A DNA stretch of 64,000 bases from Candidatus Binataceae bacterium (GCA_035626155.1 DASPOF010000027.1:10685-74684); one strand, 5' to 3'; counted from the stretch's first letter, positions 1-10,207 are shown. Made by a program: numbers and translations. Notes: generated by a model not told the origin, from the sequence alone.

Positions 1-72
1 GCTGAATATGCTCCCGCACGGCTGCGCGGCGCGGTTCGATCTCTCGTTGACTGCCGGTTTGCGCCCGAGCGG

Positions 73-1272
73 CTAATCGCGCGCAGCCGCCAGCGCCTCG
101 CGAATCATCGCGATTGCGAACTCGACCTCGTCGCGCGCGATCACCAGCGGCGGCGCCAGCCGCACCACCGCTCCGGCGTTGAGCGTCCAGTTGATTACGA
201 CCCCGCGCGCAAGCGCCTGTTTAACGAAGCGGTGCGCGAAATCCTCATCGCGAAACTCGATCCCGATGAGCAGGCCCAGCCCGCGCACCTCGGCGATTTC
301 CGGTGCGGGCAGTTCAGCCAGGCGCGCGCGAAGCTCGCCTCCCAAAGCGGCCGCGCGCTCGTGGAGCCGCTCCCCGGCGATCACCTCGAGCGCGGCAAGC
401 CCGGCCGCGCAAGCAAGCGGATTGCCGCCGAAGGTCGTGATGTGGCCCAGCGGCGGATCGCTCGCGAGCACCGCGAGCACCTCGTCGCGCGCAGCGAAAG
501 CGCCCAGCGGCAGGCCGCCGCCGAGCGCCTTGGCCATCACGACCACGTCGGGCACGATCCCGAAGTGTTCCAGCGCAAACATCCGTCCGGTCCGTCCGAG
601 CCCCGTCAGCACCTCATCGAAGACGAGCAGCGCCCCGGCGCGATCGCATCGCTCGCGCATCGCGCGCATGTACGTGGCGGTGGGAATTTTCACTCCGCCT
701 TCCGCCTGCACGGGCTCGATGACGGCCGCGGCGATCGATGAGTCGATCGCGTCGAGCGCGGCGGAGTCGCCGTAGGGGAGATGGCGCACGGGTCCCGGCA
801 GCGGCTCGAACGGCGCGCGAAACGCCGGGTTTCCGGCCAGCGCGAGCGCGCCCATCGTGTCGCCATGATAGGCGCCGTCGAAAGCGACGAAGCCTGCGCG
901 CCGCGTGTACTTGCGCGCCGCCTTGAGCGCGCCCTCGATCGCCTCGGCCCCGCTGTTCGTGAAATAGACGCGCGAGAGCGGCGCGGGAAGAAGCTCGGCC
1001 AGCCGGCGCGCGAGCCGCACCTGCGCCTCGATCACATACTCGCCGTAGACCATCACGTGCAGATGGCGCCGCGCCTGGCGCTCGATCGCGGCGATGACCG
1101 CCCGATGGCCGTGGCCCAGGGCCGATACGCCGATCCCGGCGATGAGATCGAGATAGCGCCGGCCATCGGCCGCGTAGAGCCACGAGCCGTCCCCGCGAAC
1201 GATTTCCAGCCCGATCGGGGCATCCGAGGTCTGCGCGAGGTGACGGCGGAAAAGCTCGCCCAGATCGCTCAT
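73..1272 (-). CDS. Class-III PLP-dependent aminotransferase (acetylornithine/omega-transaminase family)
   Basis: Full-length class-III aminotransferase fold (GxS...DEV..G.GRTG, K in MAKALGGG). ATG at 1272 is preceded by GGTGGAG. The start overlaps the stop of the upstream luxC-like gene by 4 nt (ATGA). Confidence 0.85.
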   Translation of the reverse strand: MSDLGELFRRHLAQTSDAPIGLEIVRGDGSWLYAADGRRYLDLIAGIGVSALGHGHRAVIAAIERQARRHLHVMVYGEYVIEAQVRLARRLAELLPAPLSRVYFTNSGAEAIEGALKAARKYTRRAGFVAFDGAYHGDTMGALALAGNPAFRAPFEPLPGPVRHLPYGDSAALDAIDSSIAAAVIEPVQAEGGVKIPTATYMRAMRERCDRAGALLVFDEVLTGLGRTGRMFALEHFGIVPDVVVMAKALGGGLPLGAFAARDEVLAVLASDPPLGHITTFGGNPLACAAGLAALEVIAGERLHERAAALGGELRARLAELPAPEIAEVRGLGLLIGIEFRDEDFAHRFVKQALARGVVINWTLNAGAVVRLAPPLVIARDEVEFAIAMIREALAAARD

Positions 1273-2471
1273 CGATGCTCCACCATCAGATCGAGGAAGG
1301 CGCCGCCGCCGTGGCGCCACTCAAGCGGCGGCGATTGCATCTGGCCGGGCGCACAAATCCACGATGCGCCGCATTCGGCGACAATCCGTTGCGCGGCGCA
1401 GGCTTGCGCGCCGCTGGCCGCAATCGCGAAGGCCTCCAACTGCCCCCGCACCGGCTCAAGCCTCGACGCAAGCTCATCGAGACTGGCGATTGAACTTAAG
1501 TACACGGTGCGAAATCCCCCCGATGCGCAAAGGCCCGCGCGCGAATCCAAGATTACCGTCCAGGAAAGATGCGCGCCTTCCCACAGCTCGACCGGATCGC
1601 CCGCGATCCCGCGCCATCGCGCCGCCTCGCGCGCAGCGCGAATCGCGGCCCCGTCGCCGGGCGCAAGCCGTACCGGCGGCGGCATCACGACGGCCGACTG
1701 CCCGAGCGCATCCGCAAGCCGAGCGGCGAAGCCGCGCGCGTCGCCGCCGAGGACGAACACGTGATGCGGCGAGAGGCATCCGAGCTGCTCGAACAGGGCG
1801 ATATCGCGAGCGAGCGCCTGCACCACCTGGTCGATCTCGGCGGCTCCCAGAGCGCTCGGCACGACCAGCGCACCGCTCAGCTTCGAGCCGAAGCCGATCA
1901 ATCGGCCGCCCGCGCCGAGACGCGCGATCGTCGCGTCATCGCCATAGGCCACGATCAGGTCGCATCCGCGACGGAGCACCGCGGCGAGTTCGCCATCGGC
2001 GCGGCTCCAGTTGAATACCGCAATGTGCTCGCCCATGTCCGGCGCGATTTCCGACAGCGCGCCCGTGAACGCGGAAAAGAAGTGAGGCTCGGCGCTCGCG
2101 GTCTTGATGACCACTCCGGCGCCGGTCATAAGCGCCGCGACGATCTCGTGCAGGCCCGCGCCCGCGACATTGCCCGCCATGACGAAGCCGATCGTCTCGC
2201 GGCGCGCCGCCACGCGGCGGGCGAACGCATCGAGCGCGCCGGCGCTGAACGGGGCGAGCAGCGCATCGAGCGACTGCTCGAGCAAAGCGCGCGAAAACCC
2301 CGAGTCGGCTGCGATTCGCGCGATGGTTTCGCATCTGGCCACATAGTCGCGGCCACGCCAGAGTTCGCAGGCGCGTGCGAGCGCGGATGCGGCGCGCGAG
2401 CGAGCCAGCGGACGGGCGGTGGCGCGCCGAAGCGCCGCGATGCGGTCGCGAAGCTCGATCGCAGTCGTCAT
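1269..2471 (-). CDS. luxC: LuxC-type acyl-CoA/acyl-protein reductase (ALDH superfamily)
   Basis: About 400 aa with an ALDH-like catalytic Cys context (FEQLGCLSP). Immediately downstream of a LuxE homolog, which is the classic luxCE pairing. ATG at 2471 (MTTAIELRD); the longer ORF to 2537 would overlap luxE. Confidence 0.65.
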   Translation of the reverse strand: MTTAIELRDRIAALRRATARPLARSRAASALARACELWRGRDYVARCETIARIAADSGFSRALLEQSLDALLAPFSAGALDAFARRVAARRETIGFVMAGNVAGAGLHEIVAALMTGAGVVIKTASAEPHFFSAFTGALSEIAPDMGEHIAVFNWSRADGELAAVLRRGCDLIVAYGDDATIARLGAGGRLIGFGSKLSGALVVPSALGAAEIDQVVQALARDIALFEQLGCLSPHHVFVLGGDARGFAARLADALGQSAVVMPPPVRLAPGDGAAIRAAREAARWRGIAGDPVELWEGAHLSWTVILDSRAGLCASGGFRTVYLSSIASLDELASRLEPVRGQLEAFAIAASGAQACAAQRIVAECGASWICAPGQMQSPPLEWRHGGGAFLDLMVEHR

Positions 2472-2475
2472 CGAT

Positions 2476-3612
2476 TCAGCCGGCATCCTCGACTCGGGCC
2501 TGTGCCCGGAACTGATCGATCCCAAGTGCGCATCCACGAGCCTGCGCCAAGCCTGCGCGGCCCATCAGCCGTATTCGATCGCCCTCGACAACGCCCAGGT
2601 CCTCGCTCAGCACTGCCGACACCGAGTTCACGTTCGCGAGATCGAAGAAGGCGAGCATCCCGGTCGCGCCCTCGGGCACGCCCTTGAGCGTGGCCGGATC
2701 GACCGCCCGCACGCGAAGCCACGGCGGCGCGATCTTGACGCGCGCGCCCGGCTTCGCGCCGCCGTCCGAGTTGAATCCGGTCGCGTCGTACATCTGCGAG
2801 CACAGCTCCGTCATCCCGTATTCATTAATGACGAAGTCCGCGGCGATCCCCAGCCGCGCCTCTGCAAGCTCGGCGACCGAGGCCGCATCGAGCGGCTCGG
2901 CCTGTCCCTTCGCACCGCCCGTGTCCATCAATCGCGAACCGGGCGCCAGTCGGATCGTCACGCGCTGCTCCGCTATCGTCGCGGCCAGCAGCGCGAAGGC
3001 TGCGGTCGTACCGAGGATGCACACCGGTGCGCGGTCGATCTGAGCGCGCGCGAGGAACTCGATCGCGCGGCTGCAATCGATACCGCGGCGGTCCGCAACG
3101 CATATCGATGGCGTCGTGCCGAACTCATCGATACACCAGCCGAGCATCGCCGCGAGGGACGACTCCGGCATCGCGGCGCCCGTCGGATGAAGGGCGAGCA
3201 CGCGCAGCTTGAGCCCATCGGGAAAGAGCATGCGCCTGAGATGAGCGAGTGCGGATCCACGGTAGATTTCCGGATCGGCGACCACGTGACGCCCGCGCCG
3301 CTCGGCTCCGACCGTGGTGCCGCTGGTGAGAAAGATGCGCGCGTGGGGATTTCCGGCGCCGTCCGCCGGCGCAAGCATCGCGTACTTGAATGCGACCGTG
3401 CTGACCAGCGGTACATCGTCCACCGAGCCGACGGCGGCCGGGTTGATCCCAAGCGCCCGGCAGTGCTCACGGTAAGCGGCAACGGTTTCGAACTGATAGC
3501 GGAAGACCTCCAGCGCCAGCGATTCGAAGCCCGCGCGGTCGGGCCTGTGGATAAACGATAAGACTCTCGATTGAATCGTCATGGCAGAATCGGAGGTAGC
3601 GGGCTTAGGCAC
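2476..3612 (-). CDS. luxE: LuxE-type acyl-protein synthetase (fatty acid AMP-activating)
   Basis: TSGTT motif and a C-terminal RGCALG acyl-Cys region are collinear with Vibrio LuxE, and the N-terminal length matches. The start is GTG at 3612, or alternatively ATG at 3582. Confidence 0.7.
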   Translation of the reverse strand: MPKPATSDSAMTIQSRVLSFIHRPDRAGFESLALEVFRYQFETVAAYREHCRALGINPAAVGSVDDVPLVSTVAFKYAMLAPADGAGNPHARIFLTSGTTVGAERRGRHVVADPEIYRGSALAHLRRMLFPDGLKLRVLALHPTGAAMPESSLAAMLGWCIDEFGTTPSICVADRRGIDCSRAIEFLARAQIDRAPVCILGTTAAFALLAATIAEQRVTIRLAPGSRLMDTGGAKGQAEPLDAASVAELAEARLGIAADFVINEYGMTELCSQMYDATGFNSDGGAKPGARVKIAPPWLRVRAVDPATLKGVPEGATGMLAFFDLANVNSVSAVLSEDLGVVEGDRIRLMGRAGLAQARGCALGIDQFRAQARVEDAG

Positions 3613-3743
3613 GATAGTCTCACTGCCGGGCAGGCAGCTTCAATCGGGCCTTTGGCAGGCGTAAGCTTAGATTTGATTTTTGCAGCGCTGGCATATTTCT
3701 GCTAAAGAAGAAGACCTTAGGCAAGTCGGAGGGGCTTCGCCAG

Positions 3744-4160
3744 ATGAAAAAGTTTATTGGGGGCGTGGTGCTGGGGTTCATCGCCAGTTGGGCCATTGCG
3801 TTTGCCGCACCGTCGGCAAGCCACGATGGGCTCTTCTGGAACGGGCTCAACGCCTCGGCCAAAGATGGCTACGTGAACGGATATTCGGACGCGATGAAGG
3901 TGAGCGTCGGCAAGCTCGACAGCATGACGATCGCGGCCGATATGTTTCACTGGAAGGGCGCGCGCAAGATCATCCATCAGCTCACGCGGGATCTATCGAT
4001 GGCGAACTTGACGCCCGGTGAAGTGGTGAAACGGCTCGACGGCCTATACTCGAATCAAAAGTACAGCGAACTCGATCTTGGCCAGGCCCTTCAATATCTG
4101 ACGCTGCGTGTGGGCGAGACGGCCGTGCCGCAGGTCGCAGCGCCGCCAGCCGCGAAGTAG
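3744..4160 (+). CDS. Small secreted hypothetical protein (signal peptide)
   Basis: Strong RBS GGAGGGG before the ATG and an N-terminal signal peptide (VVLGFIASWAIAFAAPSAS). Followed by an intrinsic terminator. Confidence 0.5.
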   Translation: MKKFIGGVVLGFIASWAIAFAAPSASHDGLFWNGLNASAKDGYVNGYSDAMKVSVGKLDSMTIAADMFHWKGARKIIHQLTRDLSMANLTPGEVVKRLDGLYSNQKYSELDLGQALQYLTLRVGETAVPQVAAPPAAK

Positions 4161-4182
4161 GCTCCATCGACGAAAGCAAAAA

Positions 4183-4211
4183 GGCGGTCCGGAATCGGGC
4201 CGCCTTTTTTT
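4183..4211 (+). terminator. Rho-independent terminator
   Basis: GC stem ggcggtccg-gaat-cgggccgcc followed by TTTTTTT. Confidence 0.55.
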
Positions 4212-4296
4212 ATCCACCGAACCGATCCCGATTGTTGCGTTTCCTGGCTTGAAACCTGCGCGGGGCGGCTTTAGGTTAGGTCGCGGGGATCGATTC

Positions 4297-5205
4297 GTGA
4301 ACGCTCCCGTATTTTTCCTGGAGAAGGCTCTGCGCGCGACGGTCGGGGTCCACTCGCATGTGCCGGAGACGCACGTCTCCAACGCGATTGGGCTCGGCAC
4401 CGATCGCCGCGGCACGGGGACCATCGTCAGTCCCGACGGGCTCATCCTCACGGTCCATTACCTTCTGCTCGGCGCCACCAACGTGATCGTGACGCTGCCA
4501 GGCGGCGATCAGCTCGACGCGAAAATCGTCGGCAAGGACTACAGCACGGGACTCGGCCTGCTCAAGATCGAGGGGAACAACTATCCGCATCTGAAGGTGG
4601 TCTCATCGGCAAGCTGCGCGCTCGGCCAGGAGACGTTCACGGTGGCGAGCCTCGGCGGCGACAAGCGATGCGCGGATACGGGATTGATCACCTACCTCGG
4701 TCCCTTCGACGCGTTCTTCGAGTTCGTGCTCGACCGCTGCGTATGCACCACCGCATCCTCGCTGAGCGTCGGGCTGAGCGGCGGCCCGGTGCTCAACCAG
4801 AACGCCCAGGTGATCGCGGTCTCGTATCTGAATTTTGCGGACATGGCCCGCGCGATTCTGGGCGTACCGGGCGAATACTTCCTGCAAGCGCGCGATGAAA
4901 TCATCCGGCACGGCCGGCGCGTATCGGCGGCCGCGCGCGCATGGCTGGGAGTGCTCTCCTACACGCTGCGCGAACACGTGGTGATCGCGGGCTTGATGCC
5001 CGGCGGACCGGGCGAGAAAGCGGGGCTCAAGCAGGGCGACCTGGTGCTCGCGGTGGACGGCAATGACATCAACGAGCGGCGGCTGATGTACGATGCGCTG
5101 CGCGATCGGCGGCCGGGCGAGAATATCGTGCTCAAGGTGCTGCGCAACAACAAGGTTTATCAGATCGAGATCCCGGCGATTCGCGCCGAGGATTACTTCG
5201 CCTGA
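4297..5205 (+). CDS. Trypsin-like serine protease with C-terminal PDZ (HtrA/DegP S1C family)
   Basis: His in TVHYLL and Ser in GLSGGPV, with a PDZ-like C-terminus (GLMPGGPGEKAGLKQGDLVLAVDG). GTG at 4297 has a GGGGA RBS; the longer ORF from 4108 has no signal and an Arg-rich junk N-terminus. Confidence 0.7.
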   Translation: MNAPVFFLEKALRATVGVHSHVPETHVSNAIGLGTDRRGTGTIVSPDGLILTVHYLLLGATNVIVTLPGGDQLDAKIVGKDYSTGLGLLKIEGNNYPHLKVVSSASCALGQETFTVASLGGDKRCADTGLITYLGPFDAFFEFVLDRCVCTTASSLSVGLSGGPVLNQNAQVIAVSYLNFADMARAILGVPGEYFLQARDEIIRHGRRVSAAARAWLGVLSYTLREHVVIAGLMPGGPGEKAGLKQGDLVLAVDGNDINERRLMYDALRDRRPGENIVLKVLRNNKVYQIEIPAIRAEDYFA

Positions 5206-5259
5206 ACAACCAGTCAGCGCTTCCCGCGCTTGGACCGTCGCTCTGAACTGACCAGCCTG

Positions 5260-8007
5260 CTACACGTCCTTGAACTCGCGCTTGGCTTTGCGCGACTCGA
5301 TCGCAGCCTGAGCCGCGGCCAGCCGCGCGACCGGAATCCGGTACGGCGAGCACGAGACATAATCGAGGCCGAGCCGATGGCAGGTCTTTACGCTCTGGGG
5401 ATCGCCGCCGTGCTCTCCGCAGATTCCGATCTTGAGCTTGCGGTTCGACTTGCGGCCGCGCTCTATTGCGATCCTCATCAGGTCGGCCACGCCAGAGGCG
5501 TCGAGTTCCTGGAACGGGTCCTTCTTGTAGATCTCGCGGCGGAGGTAGTCGCCGAGGAACTTGGCCGAGTCATCGCGCGAAAGCCCGTAGGTCATCTGCG
5601 TCAGGTCGTTGGTGCCGAAGGAAAAGAACTCGGCGGCCGCGCCGATCTCGTTGGCCAGGATGCACGCGCGCGGCACCTCGATCATAGTCCCGATCGTGAA
5701 CGGGACTTTCATTTTGCGCTCGGCGAAAACTTCGCTCGCGACTTGCCGGATGTCGGCGGCGAGGACCTCGAATTCTTTTCGGTCTCCGATCAGCGGCAGC
5801 ATGATCTCGGGCATCGCCTTGACCTTGCGGGCGCGAAGCTCGCACGCGGCCTCGAGGATCGCGCGCGCCTGCGCCTTGTAAATCTCGGGATAGCTGATCC
5901 CCAGGCGCGAGCCGCGATGGCCGAGCATCGGATTGAACTCGAACAGACTGTCGCGCACCTGTTTGAGATGCTCGGGTGAGACGCCGATCTTGGGCGCGAG
6001 ATCGTTAATCTCGTCGTCCTCCTTGGGCAGGAACTCGTGGAGCGGCGGGTCGAGCAGGCGGATCGTGACCGGCAGCCCCGCCATGTTCTCCAGTATCCCG
6101 ACGAAATCCTCGCGCTGCATCGGAAGGATCTTGGCGAGCGCGCGGGCGCGCTGTTTGGCGTTCTCCGCCATGATCATCTCGCGCACCGCGTCGATCCGCT
6201 CGGCCTGGAAGAACATGTGCTCGGTGCGGCACAACCCGATTCCCTCCGCGCCGAACTCGCGCGCGACGTGCGCGTCGTTGGGCGTGTCGGCGTTGGCGCG
6301 CACGCCGAGCCGGCGCTCGCGGTCGGCCCACGACAGGAACTTCCTGAAGTACGCGGGCATCGCCGGCTGCACGGTCGGCACGCGCCCCAGGATGACTTCG
6401 CCCGAGGAACCATCGAGCGTGATGTACTCGCCGCGGCGCACGACTGCGCCGTTGGCCGAGAGCGAGCCGGCGGCGTAATCGATTTCGAGCGCGGAACATC
6501 CGGCGACGCAGCACTTGCCCATCCCGCGCGCGACCACCGCCGCGTGGCTCGTCATCCCGCCGCGCGCGGTCAGAATCCCCTCGGCGACCTGCATCCCGTG
6601 TATGTCCTCGGGCGAGGTCTCGATTCGCACCAGGATCACCGGGCGGCCCGCCCCGCTGACTGCGACCGCCTCTTCCGCCGAGAATGCGACCTCGCCGAAC
6701 ACTGCGCCGGGTGATGCCGGCAGTCCGCGCGCGAGCACCTCCTTCTTGCTGGCCGGGTCGAGGCGCGGATGGAGGAACTGTTCGAGCTGCTCGGGCTCGA
6801 CGCGGGTGAGGGCGGTGGGGCGATCGATCAGGCGCTCATCGGCCATATCGACCGCGATGCGGACCGCGGCCTCGGCAGTGCGCTTGCCGGTGCGGGTCTG
6901 GAGCATGTACAGGCGGCGGCGCTCGATCGTGAACTCCATGTCCTGGCAATCGCGGAAGTGGTGTTCCAGGCGCGAGGAGATCGAAAGCAGTTCCTTATAG
7001 ACCTCGGGGAAACTCTCCTCGAGCGTGGGATACTTGTCGCGGCGCTCTTCCTCGGAAATCGAGCTGCGAGCGGCCCACTTGCGGCCGGCGGCGAGGCTTA
7101 TCTGGCGCGGCGTGCGGATTCCCGCGACCACGTCCTCACCCTGCGCGTTGGGAAGGAACTCGCCATAGATTCCCTTTTCGCCGGTGGCGGGGTCGCGAGT
7201 GAACGAGACGCCGGTTGCGCAATCCGCGCCGAGGTTGCCGAAGACCATCGATTGAACCGTGACCGCGGTGCCCCAGTCATCGGGGATCTTGTTGATCCGG
7301 CGATAGGTAATCGCGCGATCGTTGTCCCACGAGCCGAACACTGCGCCGATAGCCCCCCAGAGCTGCTCGCGCGGCTCCTGCGGGAGATCGCGCCCGGTGC
7401 GCCGGCGGATCAGGTCGCGAAACTCGCCGACCAGCTCCCGCAGATCGTCGGCATTAAGCTCGGTATCCTGGGTGACGCCGCGCGCGGCCTTCTTCTTGTC
7501 GATCAGCTCCTCGAACGGGTCGGGATCGTTCTTGTTCTCCGGCTTGAGCTTGAGAACGACATCGCCGTACATCTGGCAGAAGCGCCGGTAGGAGTCCCAC
7601 GCGAAACGCGGATTGCGGCTGACCTCCTCGAGTCCCTTGACCGACTCGTCGGTGAGACCGAGATTCAGCACCGTGTCCATCATCCCGGGCATCGAGACGC
7701 GCGCGCCCGAGCGCACCGATACCAGCAGCGGATTCGACGGGTCGCCGAACTTGCGCCCGAGCGCCTTCTCGACCCGCGCGAGGCTCTTCTCTACGCCGGC
7801 TTCGAGTCCTTTCGGATACTTGTGATCGTGCTGATAAAAGTAGGTGCAGACCCGGGTCGAGATCGTGAAGCCGGGAGGGACCGGCAGCTTGAGCGATGCC
7901 ATCTCGGCCAGGTTTGCGCCCTTTCCGCCGAGTAGATCGCGCATCGCGGAGCGGCCCTCGGCCACGCCCGCGCCAAAGAAATAGATTTCAGGATGAACTC
8001 GCGTCAT
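5260..8007 (-). CDS. ppdK: Pyruvate, phosphate dikinase
   Basis: Collinear with PPDK throughout (LLGGKGANLAEM, GMMDTVLNLGL, catalytic TSHAAVVARGMG, C-terminal PEP-utilising domain). ATG at 8007 with a GGGAGACGGGG RBS. Confidence 0.95.
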   Translation of the reverse strand: MTRVHPEIYFFGAGVAEGRSAMRDLLGGKGANLAEMASLKLPVPPGFTISTRVCTYFYQHDHKYPKGLEAGVEKSLARVEKALGRKFGDPSNPLLVSVRSGARVSMPGMMDTVLNLGLTDESVKGLEEVSRNPRFAWDSYRRFCQMYGDVVLKLKPENKNDPDPFEELIDKKKAARGVTQDTELNADDLRELVGEFRDLIRRRTGRDLPQEPREQLWGAIGAVFGSWDNDRAITYRRINKIPDDWGTAVTVQSMVFGNLGADCATGVSFTRDPATGEKGIYGEFLPNAQGEDVVAGIRTPRQISLAAGRKWAARSSISEEERRDKYPTLEESFPEVYKELLSISSRLEHHFRDCQDMEFTIERRRLYMLQTRTGKRTAEAAVRIAVDMADERLIDRPTALTRVEPEQLEQFLHPRLDPASKKEVLARGLPASPGAVFGEVAFSAEEAVAVSGAGRPVILVRIETSPEDIHGMQVAEGILTARGGMTSHAAVVARGMGKCCVAGCSALEIDYAAGSLSANGAVVRRGEYITLDGSSGEVILGRVPTVQPAMPAYFRKFLSWADRERRLGVRANADTPNDAHVAREFGAEGIGLCRTEHMFFQAERIDAVREMIMAENAKQRARALAKILPMQREDFVGILENMAGLPVTIRLLDPPLHEFLPKEDDEINDLAPKIGVSPEHLKQVRDSLFEFNPMLGHRGSRLGISYPEIYKAQARAILEAACELRARKVKAMPEIMLPLIGDRKEFEVLAADIRQVASEVFAERKMKVPFTIGTMIEVPRACILANEIGAAAEFFSFGTNDLTQMTYGLSRDDSAKFLGDYLRREIYKKDPFQELDASGVADLMRIAIERGRKSNRKLKIGICGEHGGDPQSVKTCHRLGLDYVSCSPYRIPVARLAAAQAAIESRKAKREFKDV

Positions 8008-8101
8008 TTGGAACCCCGTCTCCCACACCCGCATCGCGCGGGATGAAATTTTCGTCCTCGATCGCGCGCGAGCCGCCCGGCCCGCGCGCCGGCGCGTCAG
8101 G

Positions 8102-9400
8102 CTAGGTATGCCAGCCGATGCGCTCAGTCAACTCCCCGACCAGCCGCGAGATCGCAACGCGTATCTGCTGCGTTGAGTCCCGGTCTCGCAGCGTGACTGT
8201 ATCGTCTTCCATGGTCTGATGATCAATCGTGATGCCGAACGGCGTGCCGACCTCATCCTGGCGGCGATAGCGCCGGCCTATCGAACCCGCCTGGTCGTAG
8301 GCAACCGTGAAGTGGCGAAGCAGCATCTCGCGCACGGCCTGCGCCTTTTCCGGCTGCCCGGCTTTGCGCAGCAGCGGGTAGACCGCGACCTTGATCGGCG
8401 CAAGGCGCGGGTCGAGCCGCAGAACGATTCGTTCCTCGTTCTCGACGATGTCTTCGTCGTACGCATCGAGCATGAACGCGAGCATCGATCGGTCGACGCC
8501 GAGCGCCGGCTCGATCACCCAGGGGCGGAAACGCGCCTTGGTCTCCTCGTCGAAATACGTCAGGTCCTTGCCGCTGTACTTCGCGTGCTGGTCGAGATCG
8601 AAGCTGCCGCGCTTGGCAATTCCCTCCAGCTCGCCCCATCCGAACGGATACAGGTACTCAAGATCGGTGGTGCCGCTGGAGTAGTGCGAGAGTTCCTCGG
8701 CCGCGTGCTCGCGGCGGCGCAGATGCTGCGGCTTGATTCCGTACTTGACGTGCCAGTTGAAGCGGAAGTCCACCCAGTAGCGATACCACTTCTCCTCCTC
8801 GGCGCGATCGGGCCGGATGAAATACTCCATCTCCATCTGCTCGAACTCGCGCGTGCGGAAGATAAAGTTCTCGGTGGTAATCTCGTTGCGGAATGACTTC
8901 CCGATCTGCGCGACGCCGAAGGGAAGCTTCACGCGCTGCGTGTCCATCACGTTCTGGAAGTTGGCGAAGATGCCCTGGGCGGTCTCGGGGCGAAGGTACA
9001 CGACGCTCGCGGTGTCCTCGATCGGCCCGAGATGAGTTTTGAACATCAGGTTGAACTTGCGCGCCTCGGTCAGCTCGCCGCCGCACTCGGGGCATCGATC
9101 GCCCTGGATCTTGTCGGCGCGAAAGCGCTGCTTGCAGCTCTTGCAGTCCACCAGCGGGTCGGTGAAAGCCTCGAGATGGCCCGAGGCCTCCCAGGTGCGG
9201 TTGTGCTGGAAGATCGCTGAGTCCAGGCCGATCACGTCGGTGCGCCACTGCACCATCTCGCGCCACCACGCCTCTTTGACGTTGCGCTTGAGTTCGATGC
9301 CGAGCGGTCCATAGTCGAAGGTGGAACCGAGTCCGCCGTAAATATCGCTGGTGGGGAAAACGATTCCGCGCCGCTTGCAGAGATTGACCAGCTTTTCCAT
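8102..9400 (-). CDS. glyQS: Glycine--tRNA ligase, single-chain class II (alpha2 type)
   Basis: Class-II motifs and anticodon-binding domain (FRNEITTENFIFRTREFEQMEMEYF; C-terminal GSIGRRYRRQDEVGTPF). ATG at 9400. Confidence 0.9.
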   Translation of the reverse strand: MEKLVNLCKRRGIVFPTSDIYGGLGSTFDYGPLGIELKRNVKEAWWREMVQWRTDVIGLDSAIFQHNRTWEASGHLEAFTDPLVDCKSCKQRFRADKIQGDRCPECGGELTEARKFNLMFKTHLGPIEDTASVVYLRPETAQGIFANFQNVMDTQRVKLPFGVAQIGKSFRNEITTENFIFRTREFEQMEMEYFIRPDRAEEEKWYRYWVDFRFNWHVKYGIKPQHLRRREHAAEELSHYSSGTTDLEYLYPFGWGELEGIAKRGSFDLDQHAKYSGKDLTYFDEETKARFRPWVIEPALGVDRSMLAFMLDAYDEDIVENEERIVLRLDPRLAPIKVAVYPLLRKAGQPEKAQAVREMLLRHFTVAYDQAGSIGRRYRRQDEVGTPFGITIDHQTMEDDTVTLRDRDSTQQIRVAISRLVGELTERIGWHT

Positions 9401-9481
9401 TGTGACCGCGCCCTTTCGCGCGGCCGTCGCTTCTGAGTCAGCCAACAAACTCTCCTCGCTCATCGAAGATACAGTTGCGAA

Positions 9482-10027
9482 TCAGCCCGTGCTGCCGAGC
9501 CTGATTATCTCGGCCGAAACCTGCCCGCCGGATGCGACTTCGAGGATCGCAACCGTGCCCGGCACTCCGGACAGATTGTGCGGCAGCGTGGCGCTGCCGG
9601 GATTCACGACCAAAGTCGGCCCGATGCGCGCGATGCCCTCGACGTGGCTGTGCCCCTGCACGATCACGTCCACCGGTCCGCCGAAGTGCGACCGCATCGC
9701 ATCCTCGAATGCCGCGTGCGAAGTCTCCTCCGGCATCGGAATCGCGTGGATAAGCCCGATGCGCACGCCCTCGACTTCGACCAGGTGCGCCTCTCGCACG
9801 CGGGAGTCGGGCTCAAGCTGGAAGCGGTGGCCGTCCAGGCCCTCATCGCCGTTGCCGAGCGCCGCGATTACCGGCGCGATTTTCGCGAGTTCATCGAGCA
9901 CGCGATTCACGTACACGTCGCCCGCGTGCATCACCAGGTCGATGCCGCGGAAGGCGTCAAAGACCTCGGCGGGCAGATGTTCGCAGGCCTCGGGGATGTG
10001 AGTATCAGAGATGAGCCCGATACGCAT
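9482..10027 (-). CDS. Metallophosphoesterase, YfcE/MJ0936 family
   Basis: Motifs MRIGLISDTH, GDV, GNGD and GHSH. ATG at 10027. Confidence 0.8.
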   Translation of the reverse strand: MRIGLISDTHIPEACEHLPAEVFDAFRGIDLVMHAGDVYVNRVLDELAKIAPVIAALGNGDEGLDGHRFQLEPDSRVREAHLVEVEGVRIGLIHAIPMPEETSHAAFEDAMRSHFGGPVDVIVQGHSHVEGIARIGPTLVVNPGSATLPHNLSGVPGTVAILEVASGGQVSAEIIRLGSTG

Positions 10028-10155
10028 GGTGGATTGCTCTGCGTCAGGGCCATCGGCCCGCCGCAATCGGTAAAAGCTACCATGCGCCCCTGCGTGCGGC
10101 AATTTTAAGCTTTTGGCGGCGGGGAGCGGGTTTCGTTTGGCGTCGGTTGGATGGG

Positions 10156-10207
10156 CGGTATTCTGAGCCCTCTCCCCATGGCCGGGAGAGGGTTTGGGAG
10201 AGGGACC
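10156..10207. repeat. GGGAGAGGG inverted-repeat element, copy A (cggtattctgagccctctcccc...gggagagggtttgggagagggacc)
   Basis: About 52 bp with internal CCCTCTCCC/GGGAGAGGG hairpin. Near-identical to the copy at 49128-49179 and reverse-complementary to the copy at 10581-10635. Confidence 0.8.

Noticed and set aside
3700-3716. Sigma-54-like CTGGCATatttcTGC upstream of the small secreted protein gene.
   Set aside because: The GG-to-GC spacing is 9 nt, not the required 10. Noted only as a weak possibility.
4108-4296. Longer N-terminal extension of the HtrA-like protease ORF.
   Set aside because: The extension is Arg/Gln-rich, has no signal peptide, and overlaps the upstream gene and terminator. 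The GTG at 4297 with a GGGGA RBS is preferred.
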